DNA of 64,000 bases, taken from IMG/VR virus record IMGVR_UViG_3300017605_000140, positions 1-64,000 of that record. The stretch is one strand, 5' to 3'. Position numbers and translations under genes: made by a program. This document shows, piece by piece, positions 35,945-46,109 of the stretch. Each line of letters starts with the position of its first letter. Positions within the stretch are counted from its first letter, which is position 1. The notes beneath the pieces were generated by a model. It ran no database searches, had not been told where the DNA came from, and was given only the letters and a program-made list of their open reading frames with translations. This DNA comes from a virus.

Positions 35945-37509
35945 ATGTTCTCCAAATAGTTCTCAAGAAATTTAGTAAGACTTACAGCGGTATTCTCTAC
36001 TCTACCATGAGGGTCTGACACTCCAGTCAGAACAGCGTTAGATACTCTGGACTTGTATTCGAGTCTTGAGAGCTGGTATTCTTCAATACTTTTAGCAACA
36101 ATGAGATTGTCGATAAAGACTTTCCGGAAAGCAGATGAAGCTCGTACATGCCGTCCGTTCCGCTGTTTAAATGCTCCGGAAGATTGGGGTAGATCATAGT
36201 TAATGAGGTGGCTAGCAATCCACAAATCCACTCCATATCCTCCAGCGTCTGAGGAGAGGAAAAGTCTAGTGTCAGCTTCATTTGTAAATCGGGAGATTGC
36301 CTCTCCTCGTTGTTGTCCATTCATATCTCCAGTAAATAGTACAGAACCGTACTCGGACAGCCGGTCTTGCAGTAAAGGTAGCACACCTTTGAAGCGGGCG
36401 AACACTATGATCTTGTGCCTTGGATCTGCTTCCAGATATTCTCTGACCAACTCCGTACATGCTGTCAGTTTGGCCCCGTGAGTGCCCCTAGCTGGCAACC
36501 TACCGGCTTGCCAGAGCTGGTTGGCATACCTGCTACCTCTAGGGTCTGTGGGGTCCTCATACGCCCGTGCAGAGGCTTCTAAAAGGGACGGATCATCAAG
36601 TAGTAGCTGAAGAGCTAACAGTCTTCCTCCCACTTCTCCAAGACTATTGTTACCGCTATCTGCCCTTCTTCCCGAATAGTACGATTCAATATCTTGAACT
36701 GTTCCTGGTCCATGGGTACTGAGAGCCGATAGGAGTTCTCGGACAATTCCTCTATATACCACTGCGGTTTCATCATCCATCTCCACATAGCAATTGTATT
36801 CTTCAACAGTAGGCATGAATTCTGCTACATCTGGATCTGTTCTCCTCTTGGATATACAGGCATCCATTAGCTTAGTATGCAGTTCTGGCATATTCTTATA
36901 TCCTGTGATGATGTTATAAGAATTACGATTAATATAACTCGCTTCAAATTCCTGCCAGCTACCTAATACTGTGTCATCTATCCATTGCATGATAGAGAAT
37001 AGTTCCTCTGCTCTGCCGTTCTCTACTGGTTCCGCAGTTAATCCCACACGGTAACGGGACTTTAACTTTTTAATCGCCTTGGTCTGCTGAGTACCGAAGT
37101 TCTTTATGCTCGTTACTTCGTCCACAAGGACAAGATCCGGATTCAGCTTTTTTATAAACGCCAAATCCGAGACTACTTGGCGTAATCCCATAACTAGATA
37201 ATCGGGTGGGTTGAGCAAGGTTTGTTCGTAAATACTCAAGCGTTTCTTCGGTGAGATAGATCCGTCCACTACTATTACAGATGAATCCGTAAACTGATGG
37301 ATTCTCTCCTCCCATTGTTTGGTCAGACTCGAACTCATTATCAGTAAAGCGCACCTTAGTTTTCCCGCCTCTCTCAGTTCTTCTATTGCTGCTATGGATA
37401 CTACCGTCTTTCCTGTTCCCAAGTCCAACGCAAGCAAGGCCCTCTCACGTTGTGTGATGAGGGCCTTTGCCTGTTCCTGGTACTCTCTTAATTCTCCGGT
37501 AAAAGTCAT
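35941..37509 (-). CDS. SNF2-like SF2 helicase
   Basis: DLGTGKT, LVDEVT, GLTAEP, KIIVF, AGGYGVDL, QRNGRHVR. Confidence 0.92.
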   Translation of the reverse strand: MTFTGELREYQEQAKALITQRERALLALDLGTGKTVVSIAAIEELREAGKLRCALLIMSSSLTKQWEERIHQFTDSSVIVVDGSISPKKRLSIYEQTLLNPPDYLVMGLRQVVSDLAFIKKLNPDLVLVDEVTSIKNFGTQQTKAIKKLKSRYRVGLTAEPVENGRAEELFSIMQWIDDTVLGSWQEFEASYINRNSYNIITGYKNMPELHTKLMDACISKRRTDPDVAEFMPTVEEYNCYVEMDDETAVVYRGIVRELLSALSTHGPGTVQDIESYYSGRRADSGNNSLGEVGGRLLALQLLLDDPSLLEASARAYEDPTDPRGSRYANQLWQAGRLPARGTHGAKLTACTELVREYLEADPRHKIIVFARFKGVLPLLQDRLSEYGSVLFTGDMNGQQRGEAISRFTNEADTRLFLSSDAGGYGVDLWIASHLINYDLPQSSGAFKQRNGRHVRASSAFRKVFIDNLIVAKSIEEYQLSRLEYKSRVSNAVLTGVSDPHGRVENTAVSLTKFLENYLENI

Positions 37510-38495
37510 AAACGAAACGATAGCATATTTTTTGATGTTTGAAAAGCTTTATGGATATCTTTGTCAGTTACGCCCTCAGTACCTAAATCCTTAGCCCAAG
37601 GTATATGAGAATAATCTACAAACTTTATTCTACGACCACTCCTCAGATATCGATTTCTAAGGTCCCACATTTTAGCTCTGCCGACTTCATCATTGTCAAG
37701 TGCAAAGATAATTGTCTCTGCCACATCAAACAATAAATCCAATTGAGCCTCAGACACATTGACACCAAAAGAGGAAAGCCCACCGTATACTCCCGCACTA
37801 TACAGTCGTAAGCAGTCCAGAGGACTTTCCAGAAGTATTGCTGTAGTACCCTCAAAAACATCTATACCGAAAAGAGTATCTGATTTCTTTACCCGGAGAG
37901 GTTTATTACTGAACCATCCTGATCCTTTTTCCTGGAACCCCCATAGCTCCCCTGTATAAGGGGAGCGTATGGGAAGAATCCAGTTGTTATGATCAGAATC
38001 CCACAGGACTCCGTAATGGTCTACAGCTCCCGAAGAAACTCGTCGTCCGTCCAACGCGGAATCTGGCGGATCAGAGAAGAGCGCCAATCTAGCTTCATTC
38101 CAGGGTTGTACCCGCGAGTCTCCTTCGAGATGTGAAGTCCTCCGCGAGGAATCAGCCAGAATTCGTCGTAATCGGGAGACTCCACCACGACCACGTACCC
38201 ATTGTTCTGCATCATGTCGATCATAACCTTTTATCTCCTGAACTAGATAAACGAATGAACCTGAAAAACCACAACTGAAACAACTGTGCTGGCCAGTCTC
38301 TAGATTTACCGACCATTTATTCGGACGATAATTAACTCTGCCAAGTCTGGAGAAATGACCAGGACATACAGCCCAGACTTCTCCGTCAGAAATTCTGGCA
38401 GCCTCAATTCCCAGATCTTCCAGGCAACTCCGCACATCCGAAGGTATCGGTGTGCCAGACCAGCCTTTAGAAAAGGTTCTCGAAGCCCCCACCAT
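37506..38495 (-). CDS. DNA primase (CHC2 Zn finger + TOPRIM)
   Basis: CPGH...CFSC, LLESPLD, ALDND. Confidence 0.9.
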   Translation of the reverse strand: MVGASRTFSKGWSGTPIPSDVRSCLEDLGIEAARISDGEVWAVCPGHFSRLGRVNYRPNKWSVNLETGQHSCFSCGFSGSFVYLVQEIKGYDRHDAEQWVRGRGGVSRLRRILADSSRRTSHLEGDSRVQPWNEARLALFSDPPDSALDGRRVSSGAVDHYGVLWDSDHNNWILPIRSPYTGELWGFQEKGSGWFSNKPLRVKKSDTLFGIDVFEGTTAILLESPLDCLRLYSAGVYGGLSSFGVNVSEAQLDLLFDVAETIIFALDNDEVGRAKMWDLRNRYLRSGRRIKFVDYSHIPWAKDLGTEGVTDKDIHKAFQTSKNMLSFRL

Positions 38496-39744
38496 CTGTC
38501 AGCTCCTTGTCTTCATCATCCAAATCAAATCCCTCCAGCTCCACGAACTGTCCGGTGTCGTAGTCAAACAGTAGCACAACAGAACATGGCGCACAAGAAC
38601 GGGAAAGAAGAATCTTAAGCTGCCGCATCTTATTGTCATCAGTTCTCTCAATACCGATTACTGTATTAGAATACTGAACGAATGCCCGGCTTCCCATAAT
38701 AGAATCATTGTTAAGTGTCTCTCCCTTGGTACGTGCGGGAGTGGACTGAGTAACCGCTACAACACATATACTACGCCGCATAGCCAGGAACTTCAAGCCC
38801 GCTACGATGTTGGCAAGTGCCATGGGACTTCCCCTGTCAGCACCGTTCTCGTCATCCATCATATACACGCCGTCAACAATTACAACATCCGGCTTTACCA
38901 TATCTATCTTCGCACCAATTGCTGTGACTGTCATACAGTCCTCAGAAATGGTCATAGGTGGAAGATTCTCTGTTATATGTACTGCTTCCTTGATCTTTTT
39001 CCAGTCATCATCATCGATATTTCCACTGTTCAGCAGATTATCATTAAGTCCCGCACGATAAGCATCAAGTCTGCGTTCCTGCTCTTCTACTGTCTGTTCG
39101 TACGTAAGGTACAGTACGCGATATCCGCTCTCCTGTATAGTCATGCCGACTCGCATAGCGAGAGTGGATTTACTTGCCTTGGCCAATCCTGTGATAGTTA
39201 CAAGCTGCCCGCGCTGAAGTCCCTGTGTGGCTCTGTCAATCGTTGGAAAACCTGTAGGGACACCTACTAGGGTACCCGGGTTGTTACGCCGTTCTAGGTA
39301 CCTTTCAAGCCTCTCATCACCGTTCTTTGAGACATCCACATCCCGGCTGTTGGGGATAGCAGTGTGTACCTTGGATACAGTAACGCCTAGAAAATTTACT
39401 GCGGAGTCTATATCACCTTCTTCAAAAGCCTTATTGAACTTATCAAGGTTCTCTGCAAGGACTCCCTCGATATACTGACGCTCAATACGCTTTATAATAT
39501 CCTGCCAAGGCTCCTCGACCTGAATAAGGGCGACGGGCCTATTGTCATAGGTATAATCAGCATTGAATACTCGGTGTGTCGGTACTGAACCTATTTCTGA
39601 GTAGTAATTTCTAATATACTCATAAGCTTGGCGATACTTAGGATCATTCAGGAAATATGGAGGAATATCAGCAACCTCAGTTAAACTGTTTTCCTGAATA
39701 ATTTTGGATACAAATAGCTTCTCTGCGTTAAATGTGGTTGCCAA
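38467..39744 (-). CDS. dnaB: DnaB-like replicative helicase
   Basis: GVPTGFPTIDRATQG, GLAKASKST, TYEQ, IVDG, VTQ. Confidence 0.9.
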   Translation of the reverse strand: MATTFNAEKLFVSKIIQENSLTEVADIPPYFLNDPKYRQAYEYIRNYYSEIGSVPTHRVFNADYTYDNRPVALIQVEEPWQDIIKRIERQYIEGVLAENLDKFNKAFEEGDIDSAVNFLGVTVSKVHTAIPNSRDVDVSKNGDERLERYLERRNNPGTLVGVPTGFPTIDRATQGLQRGQLVTITGLAKASKSTLAMRVGMTIQESGYRVLYLTYEQTVEEQERRLDAYRAGLNDNLLNSGNIDDDDWKKIKEAVHITENLPPMTISEDCMTVTAIGAKIDMVKPDVVIVDGVYMMDDENGADRGSPMALANIVAGLKFLAMRRSICVVAVTQSTPARTKGETLNNDSIMGSRAFVQYSNTVIGIERTDDNKMRQLKILLSRSCAPCSVVLLFDYDTGQFVELEGFDLDDEDKELTDGGGFENLF

Positions 39745-39752
39745 AATACCTC

Positions 39753-40205
39753 CTAGGTCAGAATACTCATTAAGTTCAATTGGTCGCTACTAACGTACCG
39801 TCCTTTGCTGCCCCACAGTAGCATGTGTGCGGGGTCAGGGTCCATTACGGCAATAATAGCTGGATCATACGTAAGATCTGCCAGCAAAGATTCGATGTCA
39901 TAATACACAACATCCCCGAATAAAAGATTACGGCTGTCAAGTTTATTACGTACAGCAGAAACAAAACCGGGATCTATGAACGTCACCACATCTATTCTAA
40001 AATGCTGGCGCCAGTATAGATCCCGGATTCCCTGCGAAGTATTGATATTCAATTGGTAATAATCTGCTGCCTGTTCCCATTTCTTCCTTTTTCGCGCCAA
40101 TTGTTCCGCGATCCGGCTTTTAGTATCAGGCAGCAGACCTATTAAATTCTCAAACACAATCAATACTCTAGGCAGAACTTCGTTCGATAATTCACCACGT
40201 CTCAA
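39753..40205 (-). CDS. hypothetical protein, possible degenerate HAD fold
   Basis: MRRGELSN..PRVLIVFENLIG. Confidence 0.6.
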   Translation of the reverse strand: MRRGELSNEVLPRVLIVFENLIGLLPDTKSRIAEQLARKRKKWEQAADYYQLNINTSQGIRDLYWRQHFRIDVVTFIDPGFVSAVRNKLDSRNLLFGDVVYYDIESLLADLTYDPAIIAVMDPDPAHMLLWGSKGRYVSSDQLNLMSILT

Positions 40206-40383
40206 AAGGATCTTCTCCGTCTGGTGAATCCAGAAGCTGTGCAGAAAATTCTCCTACCATCGCATCTATCATTTCAGGGTCCAAAAGATCAAAAGGCAGA
40301 TCATCGAAAACAGCCCGTATCTCCTCTTCCAACTCTGGGTCCCAACCGTCTTCAAATGGATCAGGCATTGGTGCTGTGCTCAT
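40192..40383 (-). CDS. very acidic small protein
   Basis: GAGG SD; DPFE at both ends. Confidence 0.65.
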   Translation of the reverse strand: MSTAPMPDPFEDGWDPELEEEIRAVFDDLPFDLLDPEMIDAMVGEFSAQLLDSPDGEDPFETW

Positions 40384-40384
40384 A

Positions 40385-40726
40385 TTAATTCCTCTGAATA
40401 TCCTCGTAAGTTACTTCGCAGTGCCCACAGCATCCATGTACACCTGTGCCAAGAGCGCCCTGACTTGAGTAGTAGGCTACACTATCCGGATCGCTGTGTC
40501 CAATACCGCACTCGCAGAATCTTTCAGCAAATCCATGCGGTTTGATACTGAGCGGACTTCCATGCCGAAGTACCAATGGGGCGTCCTTCAGAGGATGATC
40601 GGAGGGATTATGAATAGCACAATAGCTATCCGCACAAGCGGAAGCCTTATGAACCTTCCACACTTCACCGGAATCATCAGTGAATCGATCATATGACCAA
40701 CTCTTATTACTGAGCAATTTACTCAT
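40385..40726 (-). CDS. Cys/His-rich hypothetical protein
   Basis: CAIHNPSDH, ERFCECGIGHSDPD, HGCCGHC. Confidence 0.8.
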   Translation of the reverse strand: MSKLLSNKSWSYDRFTDDSGEVWKVHKASACADSYCAIHNPSDHPLKDAPLVLRHGSPLSIKPHGFAERFCECGIGHSDPDSVAYYSSQGALGTGVHGCCGHCEVTYEDIQRN

Positions 40727-40914
40727 GCTAGGGAAGTTTCTACTAGTACTTGGTTACCTGCGTCTACATTGATTACTCGGTGTGCTTTACCCAATTTCTT
40801 AGTACGTTCCCGAGCCTCACGAGAAGCTTTACTCTTTGTGGTCCAATCTACATCCTTCCAGCGACCCGAGTCAAAAATCTGGAGCATGTAACGATCATCT
40901 TTTTGATGAGTCAT
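40723..40914 (-). CDS. hypothetical protein
   Basis: ORF track; resembles 42362..42538. Confidence 0.7.
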   Translation of the reverse strand: MTHQKDDRYMLQIFDSGRWKDVDWTTKSKASREARERTKKLGKAHRVINVDAGNQVLVETSLA

Positions 40915-41856
40915 CTAAAACGAACCTTCCGCTACCTGTAGTACCGGAATTCCCAGCTTACGCCAGCGACGCACCACCCTGTCTCTGTCATCAAGTACAA
41001 ATTCAACATTGTATTCGTCTCGAATATACGTGTCGAAAAGAAACTGCTTTACATCTGCATCATTGTCTTGCAGCATATCCGCAGGCCGCATAAAGAGCTT
41101 ATCGAAAGGAATCATATTGTCATTAAGCCAAAATAGCGTATCCTTTCGTACATTATCAACATCCGGACGCCCACTTGTGATGAGAATATAATAATCCATT
41201 CGGTCATACGCACGAACTAACCGGGCAATGTGCTCATGCACACCATCCGTCTTGACTCGGGTGTAATCGTAAGGACTCCGGGCGGTATGCTCAGACAGTG
41301 TACCATCAATATCCACAATAAGTGCCTTGGGACGTAACTCACTGGTGCTGTAGGGTTCTGACAGGCTAATGTCATTCATCCACTCCTCAGTGAGCTTCCA
41401 CTTGGAATTCTTCATACGGCTTGCCATACTCTCAATAACAGCGGGCCCGACTGAAGCTCTTCCCGCATTCCTGCGAAGCACATCACGAGCTATGCAAGTC
41501 TGAGCAGAAATATAACTGAAATCCTTAACACGAAAAGTTACATCTCCGTCAAACAGACGCTTAATCCGCTTTGGCATCTTCTGATCAATATGCGTATTGT
41601 CCACAATGACATTATGACCACCCTTAACAGCAGCCAGAATGGCGTTGTCCTGGACAATGAGCGCAGACTCTTCAAGTTCCTTGGTCCAAGCCATAGGACC
41701 ATCGTAACCAAAGCCCAGCATATTCCTAATGTCATCCATATTCACTCGTACAAACAGCGGTAAAGTCGTAGTCTTCGTAGAAAGTAAAATCATTTCCTTG
41801 GCCCAAGTACTCTTGCCACTAGCAGGCAGACCGTAAGTCAGCCAGATCTCAGTCAT
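40915..41856 (-). CDS. pseT: polynucleotide 5'-kinase/3'-phosphatase (T4 PseT-like)
   Basis: GLPASGKST, VNMDDIR, VDNT; HAD DIDGT, SGR, LFMR, DDR. Confidence 0.93.
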   Translation of the reverse strand: MTEIWLTYGLPASGKSTWAKEMILLSTKTTTLPLFVRVNMDDIRNMLGFGYDGPMAWTKELEESALIVQDNAILAAVKGGHNVIVDNTHIDQKMPKRIKRLFDGDVTFRVKDFSYISAQTCIARDVLRRNAGRASVGPAVIESMASRMKNSKWKLTEEWMNDISLSEPYSTSELRPKALIVDIDGTLSEHTARSPYDYTRVKTDGVHEHIARLVRAYDRMDYYILITSGRPDVDNVRKDTLFWLNDNMIPFDKLFMRPADMLQDNDADVKQFLFDTYIRDEYNVEFVLDDRDRVVRRWRKLGIPVLQVAEGSF

Positions 41857-42026
41857 TTCTTCATCCTTTCAATGGCATAAATTATGGAATCCCCAATATA
41901 CGTAGAGAAAAGGGAACCCAAAGGGTTAGGATCAGGAAAATCTTCCGTAATCATTACAATGATATTTTCTAGTATTGAATTATATTCTTCGTTGGTCATT
42001 AAGTATCTCCCTCTAAAAAATAGTTA

Positions 42027-42365
42027 CTATGTAGCTTCCAGCCAAGAATCAAACTCAGTACCATAGTCTCCATAAGTAGACTCAGACTTATATTCCAAAG
42101 AACTAAGACGAGTGGTAAAGCAAAGGTCTTCTTGATACTCCGGATTTAGCTCACTGTAAAAACCACGACAGTTAATACAGGAGATACTTATCTGACCAAA
42201 CTCTATTTCCAATTGCCAGATATGCTCTGGACATTCCCTAAAAGACTTATCCAGATAAGCTTCCCGCAAAAGGAAGAGCTTAGTTCCCTCATTCATATCT
42301 TCCCAAGAAACTTTACTTTCATAGTCTTCATCAAATGGCACAAATTTCATAGGTACCTCTCTCAC
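42027..42365 (-). CDS. hypothetical protein
   Basis: ORF track. Confidence 0.65.
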   Translation of the reverse strand: MREVPMKFVPFDEDYESKVSWEDMNEGTKLFLLREAYLDKSFRECPEHIWQLEIEFGQISISCINCRGFYSELNPEYQEDLCFTTRLSSLEYKSESTYGDYGTEFDSWLEAT

Positions 42366-42538
42366 ATAAGGACAGCACGGCGAGTTTTGTTGTAGATACG
42401 ATGCTGCTTGCCGTTAGGGCACTCAGCCAACACTGCGGCAGCAGTTTCGTAAGTAACTTTAACAGCTACATCTGACCAGCCTACCAGCTTAGTCTTTACT
42501 TGCAATGTGTACTTATCACTAGACGTATGGTTAGCCAT
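42362..42538 (-). CDS. hypothetical protein, 58 aa (not in ORF track)
   Basis: AGGAG SD, TAATG overlap; MANHTSSDKYTLQV... Confidence 0.65.
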   Translation of the reverse strand: MANHTSSDKYTLQVKTKLVGWSDVAVKVTYETAAAVLAECPNGKQHRIYNKTRRAVLM

Positions 42539-42774
42539 TAAAACTCCTTGTCAGCATAATACTTAGTCTCTGCCGCATCCATAAGTGCTTGTACTTGGTC
42601 CCTCGCCAACTCAAACTCTGAATAGAATTCTTCCATAGCTGCCCAAGCTTCCTTCAGTTCTTCTGGAACATCGTATGACCAGATATTACGTATACCATAT
42701 TCAAGTACTTCGGGAATTCCACCTTCCCAGTCTATCTTGGACAGCAGATTATAAATATCCAATGATTCTCGCAT
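42538..42774 (-). CDS. acidic hypothetical protein
   Basis: Start MRESLDIY just after DnaC-like stop. Confidence 0.7.
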   Translation of the reverse strand: MRESLDIYNLLSKIDWEGGIPEVLEYGIRNIWSYDVPEELKEAWAAMEEFYSEFELARDQVQALMDAAETKYYADKEF

Positions 42775-42775
42775 A

Positions 42776-43447
42776 TTACTTCCTAGGCTTTCGTGTATCG
42801 GGTCCCAAAATGGGATACGTGTCAAATGCGTCATGGCGAAAGCTTTCAAAGGAATCGCCATAAATACCCTGCATAAAATCAGGGTCAATATTAGTGGTAA
42901 CAATAGTAGGCTTTGCAGATTCATAACGTACCCGCAAAGCTTCGTGCAAAGAACTTTCCGTAAAACCTGATGTAGTGCGATGCTCCTGCCCAATGTCATC
43001 AAAAACTACCAGGGCACTGGATTCAACCAGACCAAGAATCTTATGTGCAAGAACACTACGATCTGTAGGATTAGGCACAAACGTATCAGTAAGAGCTTTC
43101 TTCCAGTCAGAGAATCGAATGTAATACACATTGACTGATGGATACTTATACTGAATTTCTGTCAAAACTATCGCTGCCAGAGTAGACTTGCGTGTTCCGT
43201 TACGTCCGAACAACAGCATACCTTTACCAATATTATCCCGATTTGCTGGGAACTTTCCTTCCTTAGCTCGCTGCGGAGAAACATAGTGGTCAGTAAAGTT
43301 ATCTACAAGTTCTTCTGCGGCAGAAAGAGCATTCCTACCAGAAGGATGAGCATGCTCGTAATCAGAAAATCGCATACCTCGGAACTTGATAGGAATATTC
43401 GCCTGATCCCAGCGGCCAATGAAATATTCTTCAGGAACTACTACCAT
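42776..43447 (-). CDS. DnaC/IstB-like AAA+ helicase loader
   Basis: LLFGRNGTRKSTLA (variant Walker A), VFDDIGQE, PTIVTTN. Confidence 0.85.
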   Translation of the reverse strand: MVVVPEEYFIGRWDQANIPIKFRGMRFSDYEHAHPSGRNALSAAEELVDNFTDHYVSPQRAKEGKFPANRDNIGKGMLLFGRNGTRKSTLAAIVLTEIQYKYPSVNVYYIRFSDWKKALTDTFVPNPTDRSVLAHKILGLVESSALVVFDDIGQEHRTTSGFTESSLHEALRVRYESAKPTIVTTNIDPDFMQGIYGDSFESFRHDAFDTYPILGPDTRKPRK

Positions 43448-43820
43448 GATTATTCTCCCATTCCTCTTCCAGCAGATCCCACTTATCCTTAACCACTACA
43501 GGTTTAAGATGCTGGGCTATTCTTTCTGAATTATACAAAAAATCCTGCCAACCTGGATTCTTCCCCCGCAGACTGGCATCTTCCATGTACCGATCCATCA
43601 TGGCTCTGACTGTATCAGAGTCTGTCTTAGATTTCCACTTCGCTAGAGCACCAGCCAGGGCCCGTAGATTGACCATGCCGAAGCCACTGTACCATGGGGC
43701 TGCAAAGAGCTTGTCCTGAAAATACCGGGCTAAATGATTTGAGTTATAAGACGACTTTATGGGAACCTCCGGTTCGTCTGGAGATCCCCATAGGTCGTCC
43801 CAAATATCTTGGGTTGTCAA
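43431..43820 (-). CDS. hypothetical protein (upstream of DnaC-like)
   Basis: ORF track. Confidence 0.7.
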   Translation of the reverse strand: MTTQDIWDDLWGSPDEPEVPIKSSYNSNHLARYFQDKLFAAPWYSGFGMVNLRALAGALAKWKSKTDSDTVRAMMDRYMEDASLRGKNPGWQDFLYNSERIAQHLKPVVVKDKWDLLEEEWENNHGSSS

Positions 43821-44092
43821 TTACTGTCCTTAATATGCAGAGCACGTACACGAATTTCAATTTCAGTTGACATACTGTCTTCGTAAAGAAGATATGTTCC
43901 CTTACCTAGAGGTACCCACTCGAAGAAATGATCGTTAAAATGGTCATGCTCTATAAGAAAATCTTCAGTGTAGTCATGAATACCCCAGAACTTTGCCAAC
44001 TCTATATCAGAGTACAGCTCATTTCCCGGCCACTCATTCCAGTTAGGGTGGATGACCTCAAAAATCCATTTAGTTTTGCTTGAGGGTGTCAC
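43817..44092 (-). CDS. hypothetical protein
   Basis: GGGAGG SD. Confidence 0.65.
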   Translation of the reverse strand: MTPSSKTKWIFEVIHPNWNEWPGNELYSDIELAKFWGIHDYTEDFLIEHDHFNDHFFEWVPLGKGTYLLYEDSMSTEIEIRVRALHIKDSN

Positions 44093-44415
44093 TTAGTTTC
44101 CTCCCGCTCAATAAGGTAATCGATATAGTGACGGCTCTTCTTCAAATCTTCAACGCCACCCTTCTTCTTCCATCGCAAGAGATACTTTACAGCGTTGGCT
44201 TCCCACGGGTCAAGACCAAAAGCTTCCCAGACATCCCAGGGCTGCATAGTAGTTCCCTGATAGTGATCTCCACCAACTTGAGTACTTTTAACGTTTACAG
44301 TATCTGCTGGAGACTCAACAGCATTATGAAAACCGTGAGCAAGACAGGATACAGGTTTACCCATATGGTCACCCATTCGACAACCACAAGTGCAGAACCT
44401 AACACTAGTAGTCAT
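44089..44415 (-). CDS. DUF3310 family protein
   Basis: QVGGDHY, QPWD, NAVKYLLRWKKKGGVEDLKKSRHY. Confidence 0.9.
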   Translation of the reverse strand: MTTSVRFCTCGCRMGDHMGKPVSCLAHGFHNAVESPADTVNVKSTQVGGDHYQGTTMQPWDVWEAFGLDPWEANAVKYLLRWKKKGGVEDLKKSRHYIDYLIEREETK

Positions 44416-44705
44416 TTGTGATCACCTTCGTACTTTCTAATCTCGTTCCATCTATTCTTCTTAATATCAGCAAATGCTTTAGTTCCTTCGATACTCTTAC
44501 CCAGCATCCTAAACAATTCTGGAAGCGTTTTATCCGGGTGATTGCCAGGGTATGTATACTCTTCAGCATGTAACTTACTGCCAAAAAATCTATAAGATAT
44601 ACGAATCTGAAGTCGTAACTCCCCAAAAGGGTCAGTACTTACTCTGTAAAAATAACCTGGTGGAAGTTTGGGTAAGCCCATAGCTGTAAGCTCTTCCATA
44701 GTCAT
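44412..44705 (-). CDS. hypothetical protein (LPKLPPGYFYRV)
   Basis: AGGAG SD. Confidence 0.75.
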   Translation of the reverse strand: MTMEELTAMGLPKLPPGYFYRVSTDPFGELRLQIRISYRFFGSKLHAEEYTYPGNHPDKTLPELFRMLGKSIEGTKAFADIKKNRWNEIRKYEGDHK

Positions 44706-46109
44706 TTAGTTCTCCTTAAGAATCTTCGTAAAGGTAGCCATCACAGAACTAAACGCTTCTCCCATGGACTTTATATCCTCACCAAGCTTAGCAAGATCAG
44801 ACTTCTTTACCAGAAGACTGTCAGTAACTTCATCAGCAACAGGCTGAGTAGTAGGCAACGGATCACGGAAAGGGTTTGGACCCTTCTTAACGAACTTTGT
44901 GCCAGCAACCTCTACAACAGTACCCACAGGAACGTCCTGAAGGGTCGGAGAAGCCCCTTCCAAGGGATTAGGTTCCCTCCTCACGTAGCCCTTCGCAGCC
45001 ATCTGATCGGCATAGTGATATGGATCAGGCAAAGTCTCTGATCCCGCATGTGACCGAGACTCTAGAGTACTCACAGTAGTAGCTATGGGTGAGTAAGTAG
45101 TAGGAGTTTCGCCTGTAAAAGATCCGGAGGAACACCCAGGAACCCATTCGCCCCCAGAAGGGTACGAGATACCGCACCTACGGCACTTGCCGGAAGTCCA
45201 GCCCATTCCTCCGTCCCAAGTATCCCAACTGTGGGAAGCAGTAAGCTTGGGGTCTTCCTTCTTACGCTTAGGAAGAGCAGGAACATCAACAGAGTCACTG
45301 TTAGAATGCCCCTCAAGGGTGTACTCAGCGGCTTGCGCAAGAGGCTTGGGGTCTTCTTCCGTCAACGCTTGCGCCCTAGCCATATCGGTCTGCAAAAATT
45401 CAGTCTTAGCATCAACAGGAAGCTTACCAGTAGTACCCACAGGGATGCCCTCAAGGGCCTTCTCAGCCGCTTGCACGAGAGGCTTGGACTCCTGGGGCTG
45501 CACCTTCTTTGCAGCCCGCTTACGGGGCGTTGCGGCCTTCTTTGTAGCAGGCTTTGTAACCTCCTCAGCGGGCTTGTTCTTCTCAAACTCAGCAACAGCC
45601 TGCTCACGCTTTAGCTTATCTTCAGGAGATTCATAACCCTCAAAGAAATCCACCATACCTTCCGAAAGATTATAGGTAGGAATAGGGGAATAAGACTTAG
45701 CCACAGTAACGGCCTGCATATCTTCCTCATTGGCAGGATCAAAGATGGAGATAAAAGCAACTTCATCCCCGTCATTCCCTGCATCAGAAAGCAAATTCAT
45801 AGAAGTGTCAACAGCATCATGGAATGACGCAACTTGTGTAGTTGAACTAGCCTTTGAAATAACCCTATGACCATGATCTCCCTGGATCACAGCTACCATA
45901 GGATCTCCATCAGGACTACCCCAGTCAAAGAATTCAGAACCCCACTTGATGAAGTTCTCCATACCCTTACCCATATTAGCGGTAAAGGGGATGATTACCT
46001 TGACATTCCTGGAGTCATTTCCCTTGAAAATCCAGTCAATAAGATTATCCTCAATATTGCTGGTAGAACTATCTCCAGAACCAGTTACCAGAATAGTAAG
46101 ATCCTTCAT
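44706..46109 (-). CDS. large hypothetical protein with K/A-rich linker and internal repeat
   Basis: 467 aa ORF; KPLxQAAExxLEG twice. Confidence 0.8.
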   Translation of the reverse strand: MKDLTILVTGSGDSSTSNIEDNLIDWIFKGNDSRNVKVIIPFTANMGKGMENFIKWGSEFFDWGSPDGDPMVAVIQGDHGHRVISKASSTTQVASFHDAVDTSMNLLSDAGNDGDEVAFISIFDPANEEDMQAVTVAKSYSPIPTYNLSEGMVDFFEGYESPEDKLKREQAVAEFEKNKPAEEVTKPATKKAATPRKRAAKKVQPQESKPLVQAAEKALEGIPVGTTGKLPVDAKTEFLQTDMARAQALTEEDPKPLAQAAEYTLEGHSNSDSVDVPALPKRKKEDPKLTASHSWDTWDGGMGWTSGKCRRCGISYPSGGEWVPGCSSGSFTGETPTTYSPIATTVSTLESRSHAGSETLPDPYHYADQMAAKGYVRREPNPLEGASPTLQDVPVGTVVEVAGTKFVKKGPNPFRDPLPTTQPVADEVTDSLLVKKSDLAKLGEDIKSMGEAFSSVMATFTKILKEN

